A program made the position numbers and the translations under genes. The notes beneath the pieces are model-generated. The model was not told the origin of the DNA. It made no database searches and saw only the letters and a list, made by a program, of their open reading frames with translations. From the NCBI GenBank assembly GCA_026025795.1, contig JAPEUG010000070.1, forward strand, positions 1-57,360: a stretch of 57,360 nt of DNA, read 5' to 3'. The DNA comes from Thelocarpon superellum. Its lineage: Eukaryota. Of this stretch, positions 12,933-24,934 are shown in pieces (position 1 is the first letter of the stretch; every line of letters begins with the position of its first letter).

Positions 12933-14996
12933 CTACTGATTCTTCTTCTCCCTCCCTCTCCCATCCAAACCAAGGAAGCGCACCACCCACGCACTTCCGA
13001 CGCGTCTTGCCAGAGCAATCCGCCCCCTCGCACGCCGGACATAGCTCTTCAACCCTCTGCTCTCGACCTCGTCGGCGCCAACGAAGCGGCGCACGAGCAG
13101 ATTAAACACCATGCCGAATGCAAGCGCCATGACGGTGCTGGTCAGGATGATTACGTTATATGGCATGCTGAAGTCTGGCGTTGGAAGGGATAGGAGCAGG
13201 CTTGTGGTGCGGATGTATGTCGTTCCCATCCTTACTTCTCCCCCTCCTCCTTCTCCTTCTCTTGATGATGATGATGAGGAGAGGGAGGAGGGCGAGGATG
13301 GGATGGTAGAGGAGGAGCCTCCTAACACCCTTATGATAGCACCCGCCACGTCGAATCCACGATTGGCGTCCGGTGGATACTCGGTGTAGCGTAAGATGGC
13401 TTTGTCAAAGTCGTAGGTCAATGTGGCGGTGGAATTGGGAGGGAGGGAGAGCAAAATCTCTAGGTGAGTCGGTCGGTGTCGATCCAACGCCGGACGATAG
13501 TAGAGTTCTTGGATGAGCGACGGTTCGTCGTGGCCGAGCGCGTCCTGTGAGTGTTTGCCGCCTGACGAGAGTTTGGCCTGCAGGGTGTGCAGATACGGCT
13601 TCATGAACCACGGCAGCGATTCTAGATAGACGAAATCCACCATGTCCGTGCTTGACGGGTTCGTGAGCAGCGTCTGCACCCCGCCTCGCTCTTGCCCGTG
13701 TCCCGTAAAGGATCGTTCGGCGTACAGTGGCGGTCGAGGGATTCCCACGGGAGGAGTGGCGGTGTGTTTGGGCAGAACGAGGTCGAAATCATTCGTGCCT
13801 GGCCCCGTCAGCCTGAGGCCTCGCGGGTTGCGGCTGCTCCTACCTGGCAACTCGAAGCATCGTAATGCCCCGTCCTGGTACTTGCTCTCGACCGCGCCGG
13901 CTGATAAGAAGACGGGTCGTGCCTGGTTTACTTCGATGCACACGGTCTCTGACTCAGGCCCATCCTGTTCCGTCAAGGGACAGGATCCTTTGATCTTTCG
14001 GCCAAAGATTTCCGTCAAACTCCACCCCGGCTCCGTGCCATCGTCGAGAGGAAAGCACGTGTCGTGAGAGGCGTACGGCTTGGTTGTGTCGCACACCAGC
14101 TCCTCCGATGGCAACGGGCGAGGGATAGGGTTGTCTATGACCGTTAACTCTTGAGCCATACAGTCTCGTCGAATGACACCCACCCCTGTGCCGTTTGGAC
14201 CGTTCAATGTCCAACACCATGTCAATGGTCTGGTCAATCTCCAAGATACAGTCCTTTCGATCTCCGGAGCAGAGGGGCCGCACATCGATGGACATACTCT
14301 GCCATGAGGCATCGAAGAGTTTGTGGCCATCGAGCAAGCTGGAGATCCCGGCTTTGCCCTTGCACGGCAAGAGCTTGAGGAACGGCGTCAGGTTCTCAGT
14401 GCACACAGGTTCCCGTGGCAGGGTACCATGCAGGAGATGGAGGTTGCGGAGAGTCGAGTTAAGGTGGTTGCCTGATGGCTGAAAGGACATGACTGGTCGG
14501 ATGGTACGGGTGGAGTCGATGAAGTTCAGCGAAGCGCAGAAGAGACCCGACAGCGCGTTGGTCAAGGTGAGCCAGCGGGCATCGGCCCTGGCGAGAGTCA
14601 GCGCCTGGGCATATAATCGGCGGTAGCGAGCACTCACTCCTCGTCACTGTTGGCCTCCACCCACGCCCACAGCTCGACTCCCGTCCCTCCTTCCCGAGCT
14701 CCCCCCCAAGGGCGAGCGCCCCAGCTCTCGGCATCCCACCGGCCGAGACTGAAGCGTAGATGCAGTTCGCGTGTGTTGGCGTGCTGTAGGATCTGGCCAA
14801 GCGATCGAGGAAAGTATCGGAAATTCTGTTTCTCAAAGGACGAGGAAGATGCGTTGCTGCGGAAGTTGAAGGAGGCTAGAAGGGACGAGGGCGCCAGAGG
14901 TCGGAGCAGAAGCCGTTCATGGTACTCGGTCGTGGCAGCGGAGATCACGAACAGCAGAGTCCCTACACATAACAGGGGATGAAATGAAGGAAACAT
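12933..14996 (-). CDS. GPI16: GPI transamidase subunit Gpi16/PIG-T; 3 introns
   Basis: Signal peptide, ELHLRFSLGRWD, LSGLFCASLNFID, VCTENLTPFLKLLPC, EYPPDANRGFD and LPTPDFSMPYNVIILT with a TM helix. Confidence 0.95.
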
Positions 14997-15262
14997 CACC
15001 GCTCTGCCACCGCCACGCTCACGGAGCGCCTCACGAGGGCGAGGTCGGGCGTGCCATTCCTCCGTAGGTGTTGCTTGGGACCGGCTCCTTGGCTTTCGGG
15101 ATTCTGTGGCGCGTCCCGTCGCCTCCATTTAGGCGCGGGAGACGCGCAGCGAAATCTTTCGGCTCACCCGACGTCGCTATACGCTTCCGTGGCTATCCCA
15201 CCGCAGCTGTCGAATGAGCCCCAGAAAGTCTTGGACAGAGCACGCAGATCCAGAAGCTCATC

Positions 15263-16317
15263 ATGGCTGCGGAACAGAGGAAACTCTTAGGTGGGTCCCC
15301 AATTCCAGCCCATTCACCCCACGCACGCTGACCATCTTCCACAACAGAGCAGTTGATGGGCGCCGGCGCTTCCTCTCGCTCCTCGCAACTCGCCATCACG
15401 GACCCCAAAGTGTGCCGATCTTTCCTCGCCGGCACCTGTCCTCACGACCTCTTTACCAACACCAAGCAAGATTTGGGACCATGTCCCAAAGTGCACTCGG
15501 AGCCGCTCAAGATCGAATATGAGAGCTCGCCGGAGAACAAGCAGAAATACGGATTCGAATACGACTACATGCGCGATCTCCAGAAATACATCGACGACTG
15601 CAATCGCCGGATCGACACCGCACAACGGCGACTGGAGAAGACGCCGGACGAGATCAAGCAGACGAACAACCTGGCAAGAGGCCCCGCCCGATCCATTCCC
15701 ACTCGCATGGTCGACGCTAACATGCAGACTGCCTACAGCTGACTCGAATCTCCGACCTGACCAAGACAATCAACAGCGGGCTTCTCGAGGTCTCAATCTT
15801 GGGGGAAGAAGGCTCGGTGTCGCGAGCAGTCGAGGAATACTTCAAGATCAACCAAGCGAAGCAGGCGCGAGAAGAGCGCGAGCGGGATCTGAAAGCGCTA
15901 GCGGACACGTCGGGGCCATCTGGGCACCAGAAGTTACAGGTGTGCGACGTATGCGGGGCCTATCTCAGCCGGCTCGACAATGATCGACGCCTGGCGGACC
16001 ACTTTTACGGGAAGATGCACCTGGGGTATGCGCAGATGCGCAAGACGGCCGAGACGCTGCAGAAGGAGCTGAAGGGCCGGCCGCCGCCGAACCGACAGGA
16101 GGACATGGGGCCGGGCGGGCGTGAGGACCGCGATAATCCCTATGGCGACCGGGAAGGGGGCGGCTGGGGCGGCCGTGGTGGAGGTGGAGGTTACGGCCGA
16201 GGGGGGTTCCGGGGGAGTGGCGGCGGAGGAGGCGGAGGCGGAGGCGGAGGCAGTGGCTTCGGCGGGCGGGGCGGCTATCGAGGCCGGGGAGGAGGCGGAT
16301 ACGGAGGGCGGTGGTGA
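15263..16317 (+). CDS. LUC7: U1 snRNP protein Luc7; 2 introns (second GC-AG)
   Basis: MAAEQRKLLEQLMG, VCRSFLAGTCPHDLFTNTKQDLGPC, LQVCDVCGAYLS..DHFYGKMHLGY and an RGG tail. Confidence 0.95.
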
Positions 16318-16551
16318 GGCTTGTTTAGATACAGTGGTTCATCCGTACGTAGTTTATACCAGCGCCGGCGTTTTCGGACCAGACCACGGAGCCAGACCGC
16401 GGACTGACTGCACGCATACAACCACGCGCATAAGCCACGCCAGGGGAACACGCAGCGTTCCATCGTTGCGTTGTCTATTCTTAGAAGCGTGTATTGTAGT
16501 GGACATGGAATCATCGTAGCGGCGCGCCGCGCCTTCCCCGCCATTCTCGTG

Positions 16552-17903
16552 TCACGCTGGCGTCGCCGACGGCGTGCCCGTCTCCATCTGATCGGCCCAC
16601 GTAGTGCTCGGGTCGGCGCCAGAAGGAGACACGAGCGGACCTTCGGCTGGTTTGGGCGTGTCCCCTCGGGTGGCGGTCTGGGGCTCTGTAGGCTTGCTCT
16701 CGGGCGTCGGTGCGGGCTGTGTGGGCTGCGTGGGCTTCGTTGTCTCCGCCGCTGCCGCAGACTCGCTCGGCGCTCCTGCTGGCTTCGTGGCTGGTAGAGC
16801 GGGAAAGTCGGCCTCCGCCTTGGTGTCGGGTGCAGAGGTTTGCGTGTGGTGGGCCTGGTGAGGACTGCCTGCGAAGCGTCCCCCCCGTCCTCGTCCCCTG
16901 CCAATGCCCCGATCGCCTCTGCCCCCTGGCCCTCGAGCCGCGTAACCCCCTCGCTCGTTCTCGGCCGGGCCGTCGTGGTTGCTTACGCCGCCGCCGACGA
17001 CGCCGCCGTAGGCGCCCCGGCGGAATTGTGACCCCGTGCTGCCTCGTCCGCCCACTTGGTCCTCATCCTTTTTCTCGGCATCCCATTCTCGCCCCTGCAC
17101 CGCTTTCATCTTCCGCAGCCGGTTTCGCTCGCGCTCACCCTCCATCACCTGTCGGTTCTGCCGTTCTTCCTTGCGTTTGGCCTGTTCTTGTCGCTCTCGC
17201 TGCTGGAACGATGCTTCATCTGCTTCGGCCCGACGGTGGGCTTCTTCGCGCGCTGCGTTCTTCAGTTTGATCGAAGCAAGTCGCGCCGAGAGCTCGTCCT
17301 CGCTCAATTTGGGCTACCGACGGTCAGCTGGGTAGTGCGACATGAGCTGTGTGGCTCCATGATTCAAGACACCCACCTTTTTCACCCCGCCCGTCCCACT
17401 CCGATCTCCCTTGACGGCGCCAGGCCGTACCTCGTCCTTGGCGGCCGTCGCTGGCGCCGCACCTTCCTTGCTCTCGTCACTAGGCACGACCGGCGCCGCT
17501 TCTCTCCGACCACCTCGGCCCCGACCTGCGGTGCCTCTCTCGCTCGATTCTCGTGGTGCGTGTCCGCCTCTTCCTCGGGGCGCGGGCGGAGGCACGGGCT
17601 GGGAAATGGGCTCGGCGACGGGAGTAAAGTCATCATCAAAGAGGTCGTCGGGTGCTCTAGTTTGTGCAAACTCGTCGACGATATCATCTTGCCCGACCTC
17701 GAGATATGTAGGTGTGGGCTCGAATGCCGCGCTCGTCGGATTCAAGTTATGGGAACTTGCTCCATTCTTTGAGACCCACAGTGGGTGATCGTTAGCTAGA
17801 GGGCGGCCAGGCGTCTCGTGCACCCGGGGCATACCTGCTGCTCCTTCACGCCCTCTTTCTGGGTCGGTGGTGGGGGAGGGTCGGCGTATTTGGAAGCTTC
17901 CAT
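16552..17903 (-). CDS. RGG-rich/coiled-coil fungal hypothetical protein; 2 introns
   Basis: Spliceable exons (CAG|gtatgc; AAG|gtgggt..tag), DDLFDDDFTP, a charged coiled coil ending GREWD, RGG boxes and FPALP. Confidence 0.75.
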
Positions 17904-19401
17904 GAAGATATAATGGTGGCGGTGCGAGTAAATGTGTGTGGGGTACGTCAATTTGATCATACGAGGACGGGCATTGCGAGCAAGTAGATGCTGGACACGG
18001 CCTTACAAACGGTAGGGAGAAAAGTGATGGATGCAGGCACGATTACTTCTTACTGTTCTTGCTCCTCGGTCGCGGGGTTCCGAACAACTTCCTGTCGTTA
18101 TGTGCTTTCTACCTCCCCGTGTACGCAGTCCGAAGTGCTTCGGCGAGCGGGGGGAATTTGTTCGGTGTTCGCTTGAAACCGGCGGCCGCACGAGTCCTAC
18201 GACGCGGGAAAGGAGACGGCGCCGACGACTGCGGGGACGGAACGAAGAACATGGACCCTCGCCTCACCAGACAGAGCACTACGGCCCTGTCAACCTCCAC
18301 AGACCCACCGTCATGTCTCCGATCTCATTAGGTAGATGGATCCAGATCCAGTCCGTAGAGAAGTGGCTACTTGGGTGCTACGTCTTCTTCCGTATAAGAC
18401 AGCGACAGCAGACCGTCACAGTAGAGTTCCATTAGGTCTTAACATCGGTGGTAACGTCTGTCGAGTGACGTCTAAAATAATTGACTACTGCCCCTTGTGT
18501 TGTCCATTTCCTTCATCTTTCACCTTTCATTTCCACCACTTCCCAGATCATGGCATCTTCACCCGGCGATTTCACCCTCGGGCAAGATTGTGAAAAATCT
18601 CCGGGCCAGAAAGCGCCATTAGGGTGCTGCCACGTCTTCCGACTCCCCGTCAGGCCGTGCACAAAGACGACGCTGTGCCGGGAAATGGAGGTCAGTCATG
18701 TTGTCTTCGAGACCTCTCGCCCAGCCCCGTCCGCAACACCTACTCAAACGCGGCATCGTCGGGGGTGACGACAATGCTGATCCCAAGTGGGCCAGACTCA
18801 CCGCCGCTGGCGAATCATCACTGTATGTAGAGAGCACACCAAGGCGTAGACAGTCCTCACGCGAGGCGTGATGTCGAGCTTCCTACCGAGCTTGACACCG
18901 CCGCTTGGCCTGACCTGGATGAGGATGAGAGCCATCGAGGCATCTCGTCTGATATGATCCGGATATGATCCGACTATGAAGACGATCCAACAATGCGCAC
19001 TTTCTTCGGTGGCTCCGTAGAGCAAAATCAGACGGTCTTGCCATTCGACATGGCCGCTGCTGGATATGGAGGTGCAACGGGCATGCTCCCCACCGCCAAC
19101 GCATCGTGTCGGAGCCTCGCCAGAGTGATGGTCGTGCAGCTGCATCTGCAGGGATGAGCCGTCGTTGGAAGTGCGAGGAGCGCGATGCTATATTCGTCCA
19201 AGCGCCGTACCCGTGTATCCCTGAACCGCAATACGTCGAGAGGCATTCCATGGCTATAGATAGATACTCTTGGCAAGCATGGATGGGCTGATGTGTTCCT
19301 AGAGGTAGACATATCATCGGGTGGATTAACGTCTCGAAGGTCGATATTGGTGCTTCATTGGTACAAGTATATAACTTCAGACGACGGATGGACGCCGCCG
19401 C

Positions 19402-21357
19402 TCAGGCCTCGCCGTCATTGGTTTGCCCTTGCCCGTCACCACCCTCGTCGTCGCCAGCGCGGTGCACTTCCACCTCCACCGCCAACTGTGCTTTCAATCC
19501 GTGCTTGCCGACGGCCATAGCGCGCCTCAGCTCTTCTTCTTCCTCGTGCAACCGAGAGCGACCCTGTTCCAGAGCACCACGTTGCCTTCGCTTCTCCTGC
19601 GCCACCATGGCCTCCCGTGCCGCGAGCGCCTTCATCCGTCGTTCGCGATCTTCTTTCCTCTTGTTCACCGTCGCGGCATCTTCCTCGTCTCCATCTAAGC
19701 CCGTCCCGTTTGACGCTGGCGGCGGTCCAAGGGTGGATATGTACGTCCTGACTAATCCGTCTCGCGCCAAAGAGTCAATGGAAAGAAAGCGGAGGTCGGT
19801 CCGAAGCGATGTAGGAAGGTTGCTTGAATCCGTGGCGTTGTTCAGTATCGACAGAGGCTGAGACTTGAGCAACGAGGTGAACTCCGATTTCCGTGTACTT
19901 TCCGATAGCTTGAGCCCTGGAGACGTAGGTGTCAGGGGATGCCCGCAGGGAGAGAGACATTGACGCACGAGAGATATAACCCCGATACCATTTCTCTCGT
20001 TCTTTGTCGGAGAGTTTGACATCTCGCATCTCAGCCTCTTTCCGGTATTTCCGTTTGAACTCAGGCCAATAGAGCTTTGGTGTGGCGTGCTTTTGCATGA
20101 AGTCGAGGTACGGCAGGCGGGGCTGAAACGAATGAATGGAGCAAGCTTGACAAGGGGAGGGAGATGGCTCACATCTTTCTTTTCCTGCTTCGCTTTCAAC
20201 TCTTTGGCATGTTGGATGCGTTCCCGGCTCCACTGGGCCCAGACCTCCTTGCGTGACTTCATGGTAGGCAGGACGGTGTAGCGATCGTCGTCAATGATTG
20301 TCCCTTCTTCCACAACTTTCTCCCACGTGGCGTACGGACTGATGCCATGGTCGTCCAGTAAATCCTTGAAGAGACCCGTTGCATCTTCCTCGGTGAAAGG
20401 AAGTCCCTCGGCCCCTTCGTCATAAGCGTCGTCATCTTCGCCGGCGCCGTATTCTTCGGGATCCAGTCCATAGTCTTGGCCCATAGCCTGGAGCTGAAAG
20501 GCAATATCATCCTCGTTGAATTCCTGCGGCCCATTCTCTTCCTGCCCCTCCACTCGGGGCCGTTTGACCAGACCCTCCTCGTCCTCCTCGTCCGTTTCTT
20601 CGACCTCTTCATACTCATCACTACCCCCGTCTGGAGGCGGCGAGGCTATGGCGGCCACCGCGGGCTGGTGGGCACTCGACGGCTGTGCAGAATCCGCCTT
20701 CGTTGGGTCCGTGGTTCTAGAGGGCGCCTGCTCTTGCTGCGACTCGGACCGTTCAAATTCATCAACGGCCTCCTGCAGTTCGGACGGAATTTTCCAGAAG
20801 CTCTCGCCCTTGTCGGGATGGTAGACAAAACGCCGTCCTAGCTTGGTCTTCACCAGGAGCCATGGACTCTGTCCTGGAAGCCCGTGTTTCGATTTCGGTC
20901 GATCTTCAGGCTGGTGGCCCCGCCGCGACCCATGGTAGTCTCGACCTCCGCGAAAATCACCCCGCCCTCGCCCTCCACGATATCCAGACGGCTGATGCGT
21001 AGCAAAGCGCGCACCTTGCATGAATTGGCTTGGACTAAAGCCAAACGGGCCCCCGCTCGGCCCGGGCACTGAACTTCCAACATCACCTTGGACGGGGGTG
21101 GCGTGTGAAACGTCTGGTCGCGATGGGGGAGCTGGTCGTGTGTAGGTGGATTCCTTAGTCACGGTGTTGTAGTAGTATGAATGCCCTGTGCATCTCTCAT
21201 CAGCTTGGAAAGTGGCGACGAGATGATTGTTGGTGGAGGAGGTACCTGTCGGAGCTTTATGCTCCGTCCATCCAGGCAGGAGGGGCGGCGGCGGTGGAGG
21301 AGCAGGCAGGTCGTTGCCCGATGGGCCTCGCGGCCGATGAGTGGATTTAAGCATCAC
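19402..21357 (-). CDS. WW and FF domain protein (TCERG1/Prp40-like family); ~3 introns
   Basis: WW1 LPGWTEHKAPTG|HSYYYN..STYTRP, WW2 WLLVKTKLGRRFVYHP..SFW, FF domains FKDLLDD..PYATWE and WPEFKRKYRK. Confidence 0.88.
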   Translation of the reverse strand: MMLKSTHRPRGPSGNDLPAPPPPPPLLPGWTEHKAPTGTSSTNNHLVATFQADERCTGHSYYYNTVTKESTYTRPAPPSRPDVSHATPVQGDVGSSVPGPSGGPFGFSPSQFMQGARFATHQPSGYRGGRGRGDFRGGRDYHGSRRGHQPEDRPKSKHGLPGQSPWLLVKTKLGRRFVYHPDKGESFWKIPSELQEAVDEFERSESQQEQAPSRTTDPTKADSAQPSSAHQPAVAAIASPPPDGGSDEYEEVEETDEEDEEGLVKRPRVEGQEENGPQEFNEDDIAFQLQAMGQDYGLDPEEYGAGEDDDAYDEGAEGLPFTEEDATGLFKDLLDDHGISPYATWEKVVEEGTIIDDDRYTVLPTMKSRKEVWAQWSRERIQHAKELKAKQEKKDVSHLPPLVKLAPFIRFSPACRTSTSCKSTPHQSSIGLSSNGNTGKRLRCEMSNSPTKNERNGIGVISLVRQCLSPCGHPLTPTSPGLKLSESTRKSEFTSLLKSQPLSILNNATDSSNLPTSLRTDLRFLSIDSLARDGLVRTYISTLGPPPASNGTGLDGDEEDAATVNKRKEDRERRMKALAAREAMVAQEKRRQRGALEQGRSRLHEEEEELRRAMAVGKHGLKAQLAVEVEVHRAGDDEGGDGQGQTNDGEA

Positions 21358-22307
21358 TTCAAAAATGATTACAGTTGACCGTTATGGGCAGGGGTTTGAG
21401 ACGATCACTACTTGGTCATGGTGTTCGTTATCGGCACCTGAAGAGCGACCTGGTTGGAAGTTCATTCTGAAGCTTGACGAACGCGCACGCGTTTGGGCCG
21501 TCATTACGCGGTTGTCGTCTCTCCCAACAAATTTCTTCGACCGCAGTCACGCCTTCCTTGTCCACAACATACGCACAAGAACCTCATTGTCCGACACGGA
21601 ACCGGAATGGTGTGTGATACCGTGACGAGATCTACGGGGCTTTCAGATCGACGATCAGTCCTGAGTAAGGAGAGGTTCGCTGGGTCAGCCCAGTGTGTAA
21701 TGCCTCGGTCCATGGCAAACGGTAGGTCTAAGGAGAGACCGCGACAGACGTCTACCTAATCCGACCAGCACTGTAGTTGCGCGGTGAATAGCGATATGCA
21801 CGTAATGGCTGCACAGACCTCAGACTGAACGCTGCTAGCTTCGACAGGCGTTGTGGATGCGTCTTGCCGCGGTAAGTCGTCGCCGCTACGATGCATGGAG
21901 GCGCATGAGCAGGACGATAGAGCTCCCGAAAGTTTTGGGGAGGCATATACCATTGCATCCAACCGCGGCCCGTCCAATCATGACAGTCGTTATGTGTTTG
22001 GGCTCGGCACTCGAGGCTGGCAGGCCAGGCCCATCCTGTCTGTCATTCATGCCTTGGTCCAAGGTCTAAGCCTCTTCCTGTCTGTGTTGTCGAACGCCCG
22101 GACCATGCCCCAGCACCTTCTCTATTCGGCGCACGGAGCTGTCCGCCCAGGTCCAAGTATATATGCACCATGTGCTCGAGCCTGGCTGGAACGCCATGTT
22201 GACCTCATCGTTTTGCTGCCCGGCCCATTCTTTCTCGCCTCCCAGGTGCTGTTACATCCGTGCTATTTACCCACCTTCGCCAGTCCTCGTCCGTTGTTCG
22301 ATCCACC

Positions 22308-22667
22308 ATGCGACATCACTTGGCAGTTGCGGCCCTCATGGCCGCCGGCATCTCGGCCTGTCTCGCATTGACGCCGGCTGAAAACGCATACGTGCTCGCC
22401 ACCCGCCATCACCCTCGTGATTTCGAGCCGCGAGGGGTTGTAGTGGACCTTGCCGAACACCTGTCCCTGACCACCGAGCAAGCACCCGTCCGAAGAGAGT
22501 TGATCACCATCGAAAAAGCCAAGGAGAACCCACTCAAGATGCGGCAGATGGAAAGCCGGAGCGTGCTCAGCGGGGTCAGCGGAGAGGACAACGAGCATTC
22601 TCGGCGAAGCTTCCCTTCGTTCTTACGACAACATCTTTCGAGAAGGGCACAAAAGCAGGCTGTTTGA
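22308..22667 (+). CDS. Possible small secreted protein (119 aa unspliced)
   Basis: CACCATG start context, signal-peptide-like MRHHLAVAALMAAGISACLA and several RR dibasic sites. No recognisable family. Confidence 0.4.
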   Translation: MRHHLAVAALMAAGISACLALTPAENAYVLATRHHPRDFEPRGVVVDLAEHLSLTTEQAPVRRELITIEKAKENPLKMRQMESRSVLSGVSGEDNEHSRRSFPSFLRQHLSRRAQKQAV

Positions 22668-23290
22668 CCCTCTGGAAAAGGGTTCTTGATCATCCCACCA
22701 CGGTTCCGAAAACGACAGAACCTCTCGAGCTGCAGCCATGAGAAGCCAGACATTGCGACTCGTCGCTCGAAACCTGGAGCACTGGCACATCGGACGAGGG
22801 CTGGGGGAGAACCCTAGGGACCTGGATGAGCGACGTGATGGAGAGAAAGTCGGGAGATCGGCTTGTTTTCCTTAGTACCGGAAGCGACTGTGATTTTGTT
22901 AGGAGGTCGTCGGTGGCGTTAGTTGGGGATACCAGTCCGTGGCTCAAGCAACGAAATCAGGACGGGCGCCCTTTAATGCTCAAAAGAGTAACACCGAGTT
23001 TAAAGAGAAACTTCCCAAACAACCATTCCAATTCGGAAAGTGCGTGCTCTCTTTCCGCATCGTAAAACATTCGGCCAAGGTGTGAGACAGCAAAATACGA
23101 TGTTGGTGAGGGAGATCCCGCGGGTAAATATTGTCTACGGTAGACGACTCGGGAGATACGCGTCAAGCGATTGCCTGGAGCTTGGACCATCGCAATAGGC
23201 ACAAACTGCCATCAAGACCCGGAGAGGCAATCCAGCGCCACCTCTTCAACCACTCCTCGACCGCCTTCACCCTTCAATGAGCTGTTCGTC

Positions 23291-24255
23291 ATGTCGCGAA
23301 GATACGATTCGAGGGTGAGCAGCATCCTCAGACGATCCTCTACTACGAAGCTGCTCGGCTGATCCCACCTCGCAGACCACCATCTTTTCGCCAGAAGGTC
23401 GACTCTACCAGGTCGAATATGCGCTCGAAGCCATCTCTCATGCCGGCACCGCACTGGGCATCTTAGCCAAAGACGGCATTGTCCTGGCGGCCGAGCGAAA
23501 GGTCACCAGCAAGCTCCTGGAGCAGGATACGTCGGCCGAGAAGCTGTACATTCTGAATGAGTAGGCCGTCCTTGCCCGGCACCTCCCACCTCCTCCTCCC
23601 CTTGCCCAGCGTCGCAGACACTAAGCCGACGGACCCTCTCAGCAACATGATCTGCGCCGTCGCCGGCATGACAGCGGACGCCAACATCCTGATCAACTAC
23701 GCCCGCCAAGCTGCGCAACGCTACCTGCTAAGCTACAACGAAGACATCCCTTGCGAGCAGCTAGTGCGGCGATTATGCGACCTCAAGCAAGGGTACACGC
23801 AACACGGCGGACTGCGGCCCTTCGGGGTCTCTTTCATCTACGCCGGCTACGACCCGCAGCGCGAGTTCCAGCTGTACCAGAGCAATCCCAGCGGCAACTA
23901 CGGCGGCTGGAAGGCCACCAGCGTCGGCGCCAACAATGCCAGCGCCCAGAGCCTGCTGAAGCAGGACTACAAGGAAGACTGCGACCTCAAGGAAGCGTGT
24001 GGACTGGCGGTGAAGGTACTAAGCAAGACGATGGACTCGACCAAGCTGAGCAGCGAGAAGAGTAAGTCGTTGGCCTAGACCGGCCCCCTTGCTTTAGTGT
24101 CTTCCGCCCGGCTGATCCACCGCGCAGTCGAGTTTGCCACCGTCGGCCGAACAAAGTCCGGCACGCCGTACCATCATCTGTGGACGGCGGAGGAGATTAC
24201 GGCTCTGCTCCGAGAACACGAGTTGGCCAAGGAGGAGGACAAGGATACCGGGTAG
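23291..24255 (+). CDS. PRE9: 20S proteasome subunit alpha-3; 3 introns
   Basis: [39 protein letters not shown] and [15 protein letters not shown]. Confidence 0.97.
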
Positions 24256-24934
24256 AAGTAGTATACATGTACTGATCTGGATCGTAGCTAGAGCATGCGA
24301 GGTCAAGTATCCTGATGAATTCTTTCATTCGTACGCCTACGTAGGTCTGTGATGGCATCGGACGAGTAGCGTCGATACAACCATCGGGCACGTCTAATCT
24401 ACGGGAACACGATGGTGCGACGGGTCATGATGGTACTATTCTTCGGATGATTGCACTGGTATCGGAATCGGAATCGATATTGAAGAGACCTTGATGTGTA
24501 CCCACTATTCGGGCAAATTACCACGTCTTCATGAATAGATGAGTAGGTGGGTAAGCAAGTGAGGGAGAGAATTAGTTCACCGGAAATAATGAGTTCATTC
24601 ATCTTTAACCAGCGATTGGAGGGGAAAGAGGGAGAGAGAGCGTTTGAGAAACGGACCGTGAGAGCTGGACCGACTGAGAGGAAGAGAAAAATTGAGATGC
24701 CCGCATGTCACTTCCCTGCTGTCTGACACGTTTTGAGAAAAGATAAAAAGAGATCCAAGGGAAAAGGAAACTGAGAAAAGGAAAAGAGAGCCGGTCAATG
24801 TCTAGTGGACGGCGGAAGGAAAACCGGTGCTGGATGAAGGAAAGAGGTCAAGAACCGGTCGACCATTTGTCGAGATGCGAAGTCTAGGGGAGAATCAAGA
24901 GAAGAGGACTACCAAAGGACTGTCATGTTGAAGA

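Noticed and set aside
18540..19160. Scattered splice-like signals and an 11-bp duplication GATATGATCCG
   Set aside because: No coherent gene model could be assembled.
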